DNA of 64,000 bases. Source: Octopus sinensis (lineage: Eukaryota). Positions within the stretch are counted from its first letter, which is position 1; each line of letters opens with the position of its first letter. The stretch spans positions 63,674,001 to 63,738,000 of the forward strand of contig NC_043006.1 of the NCBI RefSeq assembly GCF_006345805.1, read 5' to 3'. The notes under the pieces were generated by a model that was not told the DNA's origin, did no database searches, and worked only from the letters and a program-made list of their open reading frames with translations. Shown piece after piece: positions 13,185 to 26,839 of this stretch. A program made the translations under genes and the position numbers.

Positions 13185-13750
13185 TTTATTCTTTTATTCT
13201 TTTACTCGTTTCAGTCATTTGACTGCGGCCATGCTGGAGCACTGGCTTTAGTCGAAAAAATTGACCCCCCTCCCAGGACTTATTCTTTGTAAACCTAGTA
13301 CTTATTCTATTGGTCACTTTTGCTGAACCGCTGAGTCACAGGGACGTAGATACACCAGCATGGGTTGTGAAGCAATGATCATATATATACATTTACATAT
13401 ATATACATATGGCGGGCTTCTTTCAGTTTCATGTCTGCCAAATCCACTCATAAGGCTTTGGTTGGCCTGAGGTTATAGTAGAAGACACTTGCCCAATGTG
13501 CCATGCAGTGAGACTGAACGCAGAACCATGTGGCTGCGAAGCAAGCTACTCACCACACAGCCATTTATTTTATTTTGTTTGTCTTTTTCACATTTGTGTC
13601 GTCACTCTCATCAATATTCGTTCACACTTACAAGGCTTTGGTTATCCTGAGGCTATAGCAGAAGACATTCGCCCAAGGTGCAATGCAGTGGAACTGAACC
13701 GAAACCATGTGATTGATAAGCAAGCTTCTTACCACACAGCCACTCCTGAA
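13185..13750 (-). mobile_element. Family-A SINE plus an adjacent partial copy
   Basis: Reverse complement of family-A tail, core and head. Confidence 0.75.
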
Positions 13751-14164
13751 TACGAATTTATAATCTGGATATAAAGAAGCTAGAGTTTTCAAAGCAGTTG
13801 TCTGTCATTCTCTATCTCTTTGATTTTCAAAGAAGCATTCATGTCAGTAGGTACATAATTTCTCTTGTCTGTCACAAACAACAATATCCAGCCTGTTATG
13901 TTTTCACTTGGCAGAAGTTTTGATTGGAGAATTCTACCAATATTCCTACTGGGAATTGTTATGAATGTATCCAATGACAGGCGATTCTCTGTATTTATCT
14001 CCAACATAGACTTTTTGCAGAAAGGATTGTATATTGTTTTGGCGACCATGTCATGTCACATGTGTGATGTCTTTCACTGAAATCTGGCATAATCGATGCT
14101 TTTGGTTCCACCCTGAGGTTCCACGGACTGCACTGAATATAAAATATAAAAGAATAGTGGTATA

Positions 14165-14372
14165 AATATTCTTTTACTTGTTTCAGCCTTTTGACTGTGA
14201 CCATGCTGGAGCACCGCCTTCAGTCGAGCAAATCGTCCCCAGGGCCTATTCTTTGTAAGCCTGGTACTTATTCTATCAAACTCTTTTGCTGAACTACTAA
14301 GTTACACGGACGTAAACACACCAACATCGATAGTCAAGCAATGGAGGAGGGACAAACACAAATACACAAAAT

Positions 14373-14415
<43 letters not shown>

Positions 14416-14495
14416 ATATATACACACATATATATATATACACACATAATATATATATATATATATACACACATATATATATATACACACATATA

Positions 14496-14535
<40 letters not shown>

Positions 14536-15220
14536 CACATTACATATATATACACCACACATTATATACATATATATGCACATATATATACATACACAAA
14601 CACACACACATATATACATATATATGCACATATATTATACATATACACACACACATATATACATATATATGCACATATATATACATATACACACACATAT
14701 ATACATATATATGCACATATATATACATACACACACATATACATATATATACACATATATATACATATACACACACATGCATACATATATATGCACATAT
14801 ACATACATATACACACACACATACATATATATATTATATATGTATATATATCATCATCATCATCATCTTCGTTTAGCGTCCACTTTCCATGCTAGCATGG
14901 GTTGGACGGTTCAACTGGGGTCTGGGAAGCCAGAAGGCCTGGTGCAGCCTTCTGGCTTCCCAGACCCCAGTTGAACCGTCCAACCCATGCTAGCATGGAA
15001 AACGGATGCTAAACTAAGATGATGATGATGATATATATATTATATATGTGTGTGTGTATGATAGGCTTCTTTCAGTTTCCGTCTACCAAATCAACCTACA
15101 AGGCTTTGGTCATCCTGAGGCTATAGTAGAAGACACTCATCCAAGGTGCCATGCAATGGAACTGAACCCGGAACCATGTGGTTACGAAGCAAACTTCTTA
15201 CCACACAGCCATGCTGGTGC
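14165..15220 (-). mobile_element. Family-A SINE whose central microsatellite is expanded and carries a nested palindrome
   Basis: The 3' half (14165-14370) and 5' half (15050-15220) are separated by about 700 bp of (TA)n and the 14850-15032 hairpin. Confidence 0.75.
14850..15032. repeat. Head-to-head fusion of two RTE 3' tails forming a perfect 55-bp stem with an 8-nt loop
   Basis: 14884-14938 is the exact reverse complement of 14947-15001; imperfect pairing extends out to the (CAT)n/(ATG)n tails. Confidence 0.92.
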
Positions 15221-15798
15221 CTATTTAATTATAAGAATACTAAAGGACTTTTTAAAAATCGAACGCTCAGGAGGGTCCATCTGAGTAAAACAGGGACGAA
15301 AGGGTTCCATTGGCAAAAAAAGGAGCTGGGGACCACTGGTCAACACGGTTGCTTGAGCCAAATTCTCCAAGAACCATACACTCACTGTCTAAGAAAAGAA
15401 CACATTCAATAATCTGTCCTTGGGTTCTTTGCACATATGAAAACAATGGGATGGTCACAGATGGAATGCCTTTGCATGTAGGTCTACTCGACCCAATCTG
15501 ACCTGGGGCTAAACAAGAACAGGAACCACTACCTTGGCAAATCAACAAGGGAGCATGTATGTGTGTTGGTTTGTCTTTTGAAATAGCAGCTAAAACTTTT
15601 CAAAATGAAGGCATAAACAAACAGACACTGGCTAAACGGGCTCCTTAATATATACCAAAAGACAGGATGGTCACAACTGGAATGCCTTTGATCACAGGTA
15701 TGCTTGTTGTTCAAGGCTGATTCGCTGGCTGGCGAGATTACTACCACTACTACTATCACCGCCACCACCCGCCGCCACTGCCACTACTGTGACATCAT

Positions 15799-15829
<31 letters not shown>

Positions 15830-16482
15830 AGCAATGGCAGCAGGCTTTGTGGTCCTTTCACTCCCCTCCCCTTCTCCCCCATCACTATTTTTAAACACTT
15901 CTTTTTAGCACATTGTTGTGTTATTGGGAAGGCATGCCTCACCTGTCATCACAGATAATGCTGGAGGTGGGGAGGGGCGTGGTGGAAGGGGTAGCGAGGG
16001 GATGAGGGGGTGTGCCGTGCATGCCAGTGCCTGTGTAGGGTCTATATGTCAGGATGGTTTGTTGGATGCATGTGGATGTGGTGGTGGTGTTAGTGGGGGT
16101 GGCAGTGGTGGTGGTGGTCATTGTGGTGTTGTTAGTGGAGGTGATGGTATACTGGTGGGCATGGTGATAGTAGTAGTGGTGGTGATGGTGGTGATGATGT
16201 TGCTGTTGGTGGTGGTGATGGTGGTGGTGGTGGTGGTGGTGGTGGTGGTGAAGGTGGTGGTGGTGGCAGTGATGGTATACAAGTGGTAATGGTGATAGTA
16301 GTAGTGGTAGTGATGGTGGTGGTGGTGATTGTGATGTTAGTGGAGGTGATGGTATGCAAGTGGTGATGGTGATAGTAGTGGTGGTAGTGATGGTGGTGGT
16401 GGTGTTGTTGTTGGTGGTGGTGGTGATTGTGGTGTTAGTGGAGGTGATGGTATACTGGTGGTGGTGGTGGTGGTGGTGGTGA

Positions 16483-16515
<33 letters not shown>

Positions 16516-16572
16516 ATACATGTGAGGAGTGCATATACATGTGCATACATGTGAGCAGGACCAAGTACTTAC

Positions 16573-16654
16573 ATGTCATTCGATTAACACAGTTGAACAC
16601 TTCCTCATCTTTCTCAGGATGACATCCGGGTCTCAGGTCAGCTTTGGAATGAGC
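16573..16654 (-). CDS. RECK: RECK exon, C-terminal half of CC2 (82 nt, phase 0-1): AHSKADLRPGCHPEKDEEVFNCVNRMT
   Basis: Acceptor ttgtttgcag| and donor |gtaagt. Matches recalled human ASSKNDISKVCRKEYENALFSCISRNEM and splices in frame to the 8619-8819 exon. Confidence 0.92.
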
Positions 16655-16850
16655 CTGCAAACAACAACAACAGCAACAATGTGAAATAAAGGAACAAATT
16701 GAAAAGGATATTAAGTATACATAAATAGAAACATACAAAAAAAAAAGACATTCCAAAGCCATGGCCATCCCATCTGTTGTCTCAGACATAATACATAATA
16801 ACTGTGTCATGTAACGTTTCGGTTCTATACTTAAGAGATGAGGAATTATG

Positions 16851-17248
16851 TACATTATTTACATTATTTACATTTGATGGATATTTGTCCTCATCTTGTT
16901 TGTTGTTAACACAACGTTTTGACTGATATATCCTCCAGCCTTCATCAGGTGTCTTGGGGAAATTTCGAACATGGGTTCTCATTTCTAAGGTATTTTTCAA
17001 TATTATTATTATTATTATTATCATTATTATTATTATTATTATCATCATCATCATCTTTATTCAGGTCACTGCCTGGAATCGAACTCAGAATAATAACATC
17101 GAAAAATACCTTAGGAATGAGAACCCAAGTTTGAAATTTCCCCAAGACACCTGATGAAGGCTGGAGAGTATATCAGCCGAAACGTTGTGTTAACAACAAA
17201 CAAGATGAGGACAAATATCCATCAAATGTAAATAATGTAAATAATGTA
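16851..17248. mobile_element. Fold-back element with 150-bp inverted arms, resembling Penelope-like terminal repeats
   Basis: 16851-17000 vs 17099-17248, about 8 mismatches. Contains ctgatgaaggctgg...ccgaaacgttg, a motif typical of Penelope-like element termini (family call is an inference). Confidence 0.75.
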
Positions 17249-17689
17249 TCTAATGTTTCATTAGTTAAGACTGGTTTGAAAATGTCTGAGTGGTATTTGA
17301 ACATGTAAAAGCTTTTCACTGCAGCTTGTTCTGTTTAAGACAAAAAGATGTTTAAATGTGAGAGTTAGCTGAGGACACCCTCTAATGAACTGAGCTTTTG
17401 TCTTACTTCTTTCAGTTACTAGACAGTGGCCATGCTGTTGCACCACCTTATGGAATTATAGTTGATGGAATCCATCCCTACGTCCCTACACCCAATTCTT
17501 TTATTCTTTTATTCTCTTGATTGTTTCAGTCATTTGACTGCAGCCATGCTGGAGCACCACCTTTAGTCGAATGAATATATATAAACATATAGCTATATAT
17601 ATATATATACATATACATACATATACATATATATACATATACATATACATACATATATATATATATAGAGAGAGACATTCCACTGGCAC

Positions 17690-18170
17690 AAGGGCCAGTC
17701 AGGTGGTACTGGCAACAGCCATGTTCAAATGGTGTTTGCTTGAATATTTTGTCACATGCCAGAGGCACAAGTGCCAGTAGGGAGACACTGGTCACGATCA
17801 CGCTTGAATGGTGCTTTTTACGTACCACCAGCACAGAAGCTAGCCAGCTGCTCTGGCAACGATCACGCTTGGATGGTGCTCTTAGCGCTCCACTAACATG
17901 GATGCCAGTCATTGAATTTGATTTTGATTTCGATTTCTCTTGCCTCAATAGGTCTTTGCAAGCAAAGTTTATTGTCCACTGAAGGAAAGGTACGTATAAG
18001 TGGGCTGGTTACACCCCTGGCATAGGCCATGGGTTTTGGTCTCGCTTAGCTTGCTGGGTCTTCTCAAGCACAGCATATTTCCAAAAGGTCTTGGTCACTA
18101 GCCATTGCCTCGGTGAGGCCTAATGTTCGAAGGTTGTGCTTCACCACCTCATCCCAGGTCTTCCTGGTCA
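17690..18170 (-). mobile_element. RTE LINE 3' end (last RT-ORF codons plus UTR)
   Basis: Minus-strand translation ...RKTWDEVVKHNLRTLGLT... matches the end of ORF 24772-25170. Confidence 0.8.
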
Positions 18171-20401
18171 AACCGTACAACCCATGCCAGTGTAGACAAA
18201 GGATGTTAAATGATGATCATGATGGTAGTGGTGGTGGTGGTGGTAATGATGATGGTGATGATAAAGATTTTGATGATGACGATGGTGATGATGATGATAC
18301 GGATGATGATGATGATGATGAGGAGGAGGAGGAGGAGGAGGAGGAGGATGGTGATGATGCTAGTGATGATGATGAGGCTGGTGATGATGCTAGTGATGAT
18401 GATGAGGCTGGTGATGATGATGATGATGGTGGTGGTGATGATGTTGCTGCTGCTGGTGATGATGCTGATGATGATGCTGGGGGTGGTGATGATAGTTTGT
18501 GGTTGTTTCTCGTTTTTTAAAATATATTTTTTTGTTTTACTTATTGTTTCAAGTCGCAGCTGTGGAAACCTAGAAAATTCCTTTCCCAAGATAATTGTAT
18601 AATGTCTCGTTAATGAAAGCCACTACAAGACAGTTTTTCAAAGAGACAAGTGATAATGGTGGTGGTGGTGGTGGGGGGTCAACATCAAAAGGATGTTAAT
18701 ACAATAAATTGTCAGGTAGCAAGTAGATCACCAAGACCACCACCACCACTACCACCACCACCACTACCACCACTACCACCACCACCACCACCACCATCAC
18801 CATCACTAGAACAACACCACTGCTGCTGCCACCACCACCACCACTGCTGTCACCTCTTAGGAGGAGAGAAGAAAGTGTGTTAGAACAGTTGAGAGGAGGA
18901 GAGAAAGGGAGTGAGGGTGAGAGTGTGAGAGGAGAGAGAGAGTGTGATAGGAGAGAGAGAGTGTGTGAGAGGAGAGAGAGTGTGTGTGTGAGAGGAGAGA
19001 GAGATGCAGAGAGGGGAGTAAGAATGAGAAAGATAGAAATGGAAAACATGAAGGTGAGAGTATGAAAGATTATGAGAGAGTGTGATAAAGTGAGAGTGAA
19101 TGAGTGAGAGTGAAAGAATGAAAGATAATGAATGTGAGAGAGAAGGGGAGTAGAAGCCAACAGTGGTGAAGTTTCCACCTTGATGCATTTTCTTGCTCGT
19201 TTCTTCCTTTTCTTGTGAAGAAAACACTTGTAGCAAGGATTTGAAACGAAACCACTTGGTAACTGGTCATACATCACGGACAAACGACAATAGTTTCATG
19301 TGATCTGTCTTTTAAACACCCAATCAGCATTAAGCCATCACATGACTCAATCTTCAAGAATCTTCTCCTTGTGCCCTACAAAGAACCAGTTTTGATGCCA
19401 AAGTCCTTTGCAAAGTGTTGAGATTCCATGTGCCATCATTGCAGGGAGTCATCTACAAGGAGTCTCAACATGGATTCATTTACTGCTGACTGCAGCAATA
19501 ATTCCATTTGAACCAAATATTTTTCTTAAATCACAATATTCCATATGTGAAGCCATATTATACGTCCTTCTTTGTTTTGCTTTTGAAGCAGGTGGGTCAG
19601 AATTTGAGAGAGATTTGGCTGCTATGTCTAACAGTCTGGTGGGTGCATAGAAGCAGTCTCACTGGCTGGTGAGGATCTTTTGCTGGTGATGGTACTAGAA
19701 GTTGTGGTATGGGTAGTGGTAGTACAGACTTGAGAATGATGATGTAGAGCTAGAGGTGGAGGTTGTGGTGGTGGTTGTGGTTGTGGTGGTGGTGGTGGTG
19801 GTGGTGGTGGTTGTGGTGGTGCAGTAGATTTAGGCAGACTGCAGTTGTTATTCATTTGACATTTCAAGGCCAAACCAAAGTGAATAAGGGTGGAGCTGCA
19901 TAGCAAAGTGGCGAGGAGGTGTTGATGCGAAGCACATATATCTGTGTGTGTGTATATATGTATGTGTATATATTTGTGTGTGTGTGTGTGTGTGTATGTG
20001 TATATGTATATATACACATATATGTATGTGTATATATATATATGTACACACACACACAAACACACACATATATATGTATATATATATATGTGTGTGTATA
20101 TATATATATGTATATATATATATGTATATATATATGTGTATATATATATATATATGTATATGTATACATATATGTATGTGTATATATATATGTACACACA
20201 CAAACACATATATATATATATGTATATATATATATACGTGTGTATATATATATATATGTGTATATATATATATGTATATGTATACATATATGTATGTATA
20301 TATATATGTATATATGTATATGTATATGTGTATATATATATTTATATATGTTTAAGTGTATATATGTTTATATGTTTATATGTCTATATATATACATATA
20401 C

Positions 20402-20451
<50 letters not shown>

Positions 20452-20665
20452 AGAGAGAGAGAGAGAGTGTACGTGGGAGGGAATCTATTATTGGTGTGGT
20501 GGGTTTGAGAGAATCTGTGGTGATAAGGGCTGTGGAAGAATGAAGAAACGTTTTGCCGTTCTTTTCTATCTGTTGTTCATCTTTTGTATTGCATGCAGCA
20601 TATACCAACATGCACCCACATGCATACAATTACATATATATATACATGTTTGTACGCATATACAT

Positions 20666-20697
<32 letters not shown>

Positions 20698-21442
20698 CTC
20701 AATGATGTCACAACTCATTTCTACAGCTGAGGGAACTGCTACTGGGAATTGAACTCATTACCTCATGATTGTGATCCTAATGCTCTATATGTTAGAACCA
20801 CATAAAAGGCACCCAGTACACTCTGTCAAGTGGTTGGCATTAGGAAGGACATCCAGCTGTAGAAACCATGCCAAAACAGTCAGATGGAGGCTGATGCAAC
20901 TCCCTGGCTGACGTTATATGCATGTTGATGCCATAAAATACTAGAAACTTTGGGAGGAAAATATGAAATAACTGTTGTTTGGAACAGTGGATCTCAAAGC
21001 AGATAAAGCTATAATTATTGGGTTAAGAAAGCCCTTTGGATTGGGAAAGTCTAAATTCTTATGACATAGACAATATAGAATTCTCACTGTTAAGACAAAA
21101 GCTTCTAAAATACAAAGGTAAAATGAAATGGTTGAGTTGGTACAATGGTAGAGTGTCTGTCATGTTTACAGATGCGGGTCAGTAGAGGTGGGTTCAAGTT
21201 TCATTGACTGCCTTAATGTCCCTTTCTCTATGTTTATATTGGTCAGCAGAATAGGTTGATGCAGATTTTATAACTGGATAACTTCCCTGTTGCAAACCAT
21301 TGCTTGTTTCCAAGCAGCATGCATAACAGCTTTTCATGACCAGACATGTTTTCATGGAAGATTGAAAATGAATGACACTGCTTGTATGACAGTAGTTCTT
21401 GTTTACAACTATCACAATATCATATCAAGGCAAGAACACATA

Positions 21443-21481
<39 letters not shown>

Positions 21482-21904
21482 GGCAGGCCTCTTCCAGTTC
21501 CTTAGCCATACAGTCATGCATATATATACATACTTCATGTATTTAGTCTACTGGTATGAACTAAGAGGCCCACAAGTAATCTTTTATTGTATATCTTTTT
21601 CCCTGATGACATTTTGCTCATATCTCATAAATACAAATTTAAAGCATAAATTTGTAATTTATTTAATGAGCACAAATGGAAACAGCTGTAGGAAGTAAGA
21701 TTTATCAACTTATTAATAAATAATTATCAACTTTCAAGTCTTCATTTTCTTTTCTTCTGTTAATTCAATATAGATTATATGCTTAATATATACATATTGA
21801 TTTAGGGAAATTTTATTTCCCTAAAGTATTGGGTATAAAACCAATGCTTTCTGGGATGTAATCACCAGTAATCACTAATGTGTCTTCTAATTAACTTACA
21901 TATT

Positions 21905-21942
<38 letters not shown>

Positions 21943-22086
21943 GTGTGTGTGTGTTGTGTGTGTGTGTATGTGTGTGTGTTAGACATAGATATATAAATAT
22001 AAATATATATATAAATTTATATATATATATATACAAATATACATACGTGCATACATACATATATATATAAACATACATATATGTAT

Positions 22087-22117
<31 letters not shown>

Positions 22118-22468
22118 CACACACATACATACATACATACATGCATATGTATGTATATACATATATATAATATATGTATATATCTACACACACACAAATA
22201 TATTATATAATATATTTAAACATTTATTCATTTAAACGTAGACAAGTAAAACCTAAACATATGTAAGGAGAGAAGAAAGGAACTAATGAGAATGGTGATG
22301 ATAAACTTATACACACAGATACACACATGTATATTGTACTAGCATAGAATATATATATACAAGTATGTACAGAAAATATTTATAGAAATATGCATATGTA
22401 CGTGTGTGTGTGTGTAAGTGTGTGTGTGTAAGTATATATATATTCATACACACATACATGAATATACA

Positions 22469-22533
<65 letters not shown>

Positions 22534-22555
22534 ACACATACATATATATACATAC

Positions 22556-22624
<69 letters not shown>

Positions 22625-23365
22625 AATATATATATGTACACTATGTACATATATATATTGATATATGTGTGTGTATATATATATATATATAGATAGATAT
22701 ATGTATACACATAAGCATGTATGTATGTGTGTATGTATGTATGTATATATAGCAACAACTGGCATCTTAAGATAGCCAGGGTGTCTGTCCAGATGTTGTG
22801 TATCTGAAATGCCAGAAGATTTCAAGATAAAAGCACCATGTTTTCTCTGGTAGCAGGGTTGAATGCCTGAGGGTGGGGCAGTTAGTTACCAGCTAGCAAA
22901 CAGGAATTACAAATCCACCCCTGTTCCTAATCTACACCCCTGCACACTCCTACTAAACATTAAGATCTCACTATGCCAGGAGAAGCAGGAGGGGGTGGAA
23001 ACAAGAGGGTAAAAGATATGAGTGAAATAGCTTTATATATCCTCCTTACCAATTCCAGATGCTTTCTGTAAATGGGAATGAGAGGGGGTGGAATGGGAGG
23101 GTGTTTGTTAGGGGTGAGGGTTTATAGTGATGTTGTTTAACCCCAGGTCAACCCTAAATGAGCAGATCTGTCTCTGATCAAAGGTGTACAAGCAATATCT
23201 ATCCTTTCTTGACTTTTGTTTATCAGGGTTCTTTTTCTTTTCAGGCATAGTTTATCTAGGATTACATTATCCTAATGTATTTCTTTCCATGTGTAAAATG
23301 TTATGTTGTGATATGAGGAAGAAGATTTTGAAGCTGTTTGTCGTTGCTCGACTGAGCATATAGAA

Positions 23366-23590
23366 CTATGTTTCTCAACTGGAGCTCATGTAATCCATGT
23401 GATTCCATATAACATTTTGGTGGGGCCAAAATATTAAATTGGGGACCCACAGTAGCATATCAAGGGTCCATGAAAAAAATTTTGGTTTAGCCGTATTTAT
23501 TTCAAGAAACAGCTGGGTTTCTTTCTCAAATATTTTACATAGTTCGACCTAAACAAGTGAATGTGTGAAAAACGAAATAGAAATTCTGAG
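23366..23590 (+). mobile_element. hAT/Charlie-like MITE fragment
   Basis: Begins with a degenerate cagtgtttctcaac-type terminus; homologous to 57260-57378. Confidence 0.5.
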
Positions 23591-23878
23591 GCATATATCC
23601 ATAAAACTAGGCTGTGTGTTAAGGAGTTTGCTTCTCAACAACATGGTTTGAGGTGGCACCATGAGTGTGTGTCTTCTGCCACAGACTCATGCCAACAGAA
23701 ACCTTGTGAATGGAGATGGTAAATGGAAACCAAAAGAAGCCTGTTGCATTCATGCATATTTAAACCATCCGTAAATTCATATGGTAAATATATATAATGA
23801 CAGCTGGGATTTAGCTTAACCATCCAGGGATGAAGTAGTCACTACTGATGAGTTTCTAATATTCAAACAAAATTAGTA

Positions 23879-24197
23879 CAGTAATCCCTTGCCATATTGC
23901 GGTTCACTTATCATGCTTCACTTATAGTGGTTCATCTATCAAGGTTAACCTACCATGGTTCACCTATTGTGGTTCAACCATCATGATCCACCTGTCACAG
24001 TTCACCTATCGTAGTTCATAAGCTAACATCGATTCTTCCGTGGTGTTGTTTTACATTTATAATAAAATTATTATAAATTGTAAAAATAATTTTAAAAAAG
24101 TATACAGTACAGTACTGTTTCTACTTCATGGATTTTCACCTATTGGGGAGGAGGGGGTTCTTAGAACGTAACACCCGCAATAGTCAAGGGATTATTG
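23879..24197. mobile_element. Tc1/pogo (Tigger-like) MITE
   Basis: TIRs cagtaatcccttgccatattgcgg / ccgcaatagtcaagggattattg, flanked by TA on both sides. Confidence 0.8.
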
Positions 24198-24424
24198 TAT
24201 AGTGATCTCATTCACTGTGGGGCAGTTATCTCTCCTGTCAGTATATAAACTATGCTTCCTGTGGCTGTAATGGCTTTTTAGCTCTTATTTCTAGCAATGT
24301 AGGTGCTGCCCTGCATCCTCATTCACAACTAGTGACAATTGAACTTTTCGGTTTTATATTGAGTATAGCTGCTTTCATTACACGCACACACACATACACA
24401 TATGTATGAATATAAAAATGTATA

Positions 24425-25788
24425 AAAAAAGTACCCAGTGTAAGCTATGGATACATAAGAGGTGCAGCAATGTCAAAGGTAGGCTAACTGGGAAGATAGT
24501 TTTTGTATGTGGCAGATGCTCGGGAGCATTTACCTCCGAAAATCTGCAGAAAACAACTTCCGTCACTTTCCAGGGGGAAAAACTAGAAGTAGTTGATAGC
24601 TTCCGTTATCTAGGTGACCAAGTCAGTAGTGGGGGTAGGTGCGCTGAAAGTGTAACTGCTAGAATAAGAATAGCCTGGGCAAAGTTTAGGGAGCTCTTAC
24701 CTCTGCTGGTGACTAAAGGCCTCTCGCTCAGAGTAGAAGGCAGACTGTATGATGCATGTGTATGAACAGCCATGTTACATGGCAGTGAAACATGGGCCGT
24801 GACTGCTGAGGACATGCGTAAGCTCGTGAGGAATGAAGCCAGTATGCTCCGATGGATGTGTAATGTCAGTGTACATACTCGACAGAGCGTTAGTACCTTG
24901 AGAGAAATGTTGTACCTAAGAAGCATCAGTTGTGGTGTGCAAGAGAGACGATTGCGCTGGTATGGTCATGTGGCGAGAATGGATGAAGATAGGTGTGTGA
25001 GAAAGTGCCAATCCCTAGCAGTTGAGGGAACCCGTGGAAGAGGTAGACCCAGGAAAACCTGGGACGAGGTGGTGAAGCACGACCTTCGAACGTTAGGTCT
25101 CACCATGGAAATGACTAGAGACCGAGACCTATGGAAGTATGCTGTGCGTGAGAAGACCCGACAAGACTAGTGAAGCCATAACCCGTGGCCCCTACCTGGG
25201 ACGTAGTCAGTCCACCTGTGCATACCTTCCTCCTTGTGACACTTGTGAAGACCTGTTGAGGCAAGTGAAAATCAAAATCAAAATCAAATCAAATCAAACC
25301 AAATAAAAATAGATGAACATCAATGGAATTTGAATCCTTGCGGGTGGCACATAAGAAAACCATCCGAACGTGACCGTAGCCAGTACCGCATCGACTGGCC
25401 TCCGTGCTGTGGGCACGTAACAAACACCATCCGAGCGTGGCCGTTCGCCAGCCTCATCTGGCACCTGTGTCGGTGGCACATAAGAAAACACCATCCGAGC
25501 GTGGCCGTCTGCCAGCCTCGTCTGGCACCTGTGTCGGTGGCACATAAAAACACCATCCGAGCGTGACCGTCTGCCAGCCTCGTCTGGCACCTGTGTCGGT
25601 GGCACATAAAATCACCCACTACACTTTCGGAGTGGTTGGCGTTAGGAAGGGCATCTAGCTGTAGAAACACCACCAGATCTAACTGGCCTGGTGCAGCCTT
25701 CGAGCTTGCCAGACCCCAGTTGAACCGTCCAACCCATGCTAGCATGGAAAGCGGACGTTAAACAACGATGATGATGATGATGATGATG
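24425..25788 (+). mobile_element. RTE-clade LINE, 5'-truncated: Cys/His finger, RT C-terminus and complete 3' UTR
   Basis: ORFs 24406-24765 and 24772-25170 are one frame broken by a single TGA: TQCKLWIHKRC...VCGRC, FRYLGD, LHGSETW, RRLRWYGHVARM, RGRGRPRKTW. Followed by the tail shared by many copies in the window. Confidence 0.93.
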
Positions 25789-26074
25789 GCAAAATTATGT
25801 TACCTGTTACCTCCACTTTCTAGACTCATTCTTGTTTTTCAAGCATCCAAAATAGTGAGACCCCTTTGTCACAAGAATTGCTTACTTCACAATGTCCCTT
25901 GAAAAGCTAATTTAAATAGCAAAAACTGGTTGGATATCACTACATCCATAAAATATGTATATATTTAAAAGAAAAAGAATTTCCTTCTGAAAAGATATTA
26001 AATATGTGAAACGAAGGCATTTCTCTTCCACGTTTTATGTTTTCCACATATTTTCAACCTATATATCATCATCA

Positions 26075-26320
26075 TCATCATCATCATTGTTTAATGTCCG
26101 CTTTCCATGCTAGCATGGGTTGGACGGTTCGACTGGGGTCTAGGAAGGCAGGAGGCTGCACCAGGCTCAATCTGATCAGGCAATGTTTCTACAGCTGGAT
26201 GCCCTTCCTAACACCAACCACTCTGTGAGTGTAGTGGGTGCTTTTTACGTGCCACCAGCACAGGTGCCAGGCGAAGCTGGCAACGGCCATGATCGGTTGG
26301 TGCCAGTCGAGGCGGCGCTA
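26075..26320 (-). mobile_element. RTE LINE 3' tail copy
   Basis: Reverse complement of the tail motif with (CAT)n. Confidence 0.75.
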
Positions 26321-26516
26321 TATATATTGATAGATGATGGACTCTTACTGTTGGTTTCAACATATGATGATCCAACAATGCACACCTTTTTTGTCAGTCA
26401 TAATGCTTATATCAAATGTGACAGTTGAGTCCCACCAACGATTTGCAAAGAAGCCTACAGATGTTACAAGTATGTGGATTACAGGTCAGTACAGATGGTA
26501 TATTTACAGTTATATA

Positions 26517-26757
26517 TAAGGTGGCGAGCTGGCAGAAACGTTAGCACACCGGGCAAAATGTTTAGCAGTATTTCGTCTGCTGCTACGTTCAGAGTTCAAA
26601 TTCCGCCGAGGTCGGCTTTGCCTTTCATCCTTTTGGGGTCGATAAATTAAGTACCAGTTACACACTGGGGTCGATATATAATCGACTTAATCCGTTTGTC
26701 TGTCCTTGTTTGTTCTCTCTGTTTTTAGCCCCTTGTGGGTAGTAAAGAAATAGGTAT
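26517..26757 (+). mobile_element. Family-B SINE, full length
   Basis: ggtggcgagctggcagaaacgttagc...gagttcaaattccgccgagg...ccccttgtgggtagtaaagaaatagg. Confidence 0.8.
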
Positions 26758-26839
26758 ATTTACAGTTGCTTTTCTCCTTTTCCTTGAACCCTAAGCCTGT
26801 TAATGCTGGTTGAAACTGTCTCTTATACCATTTTGACAT

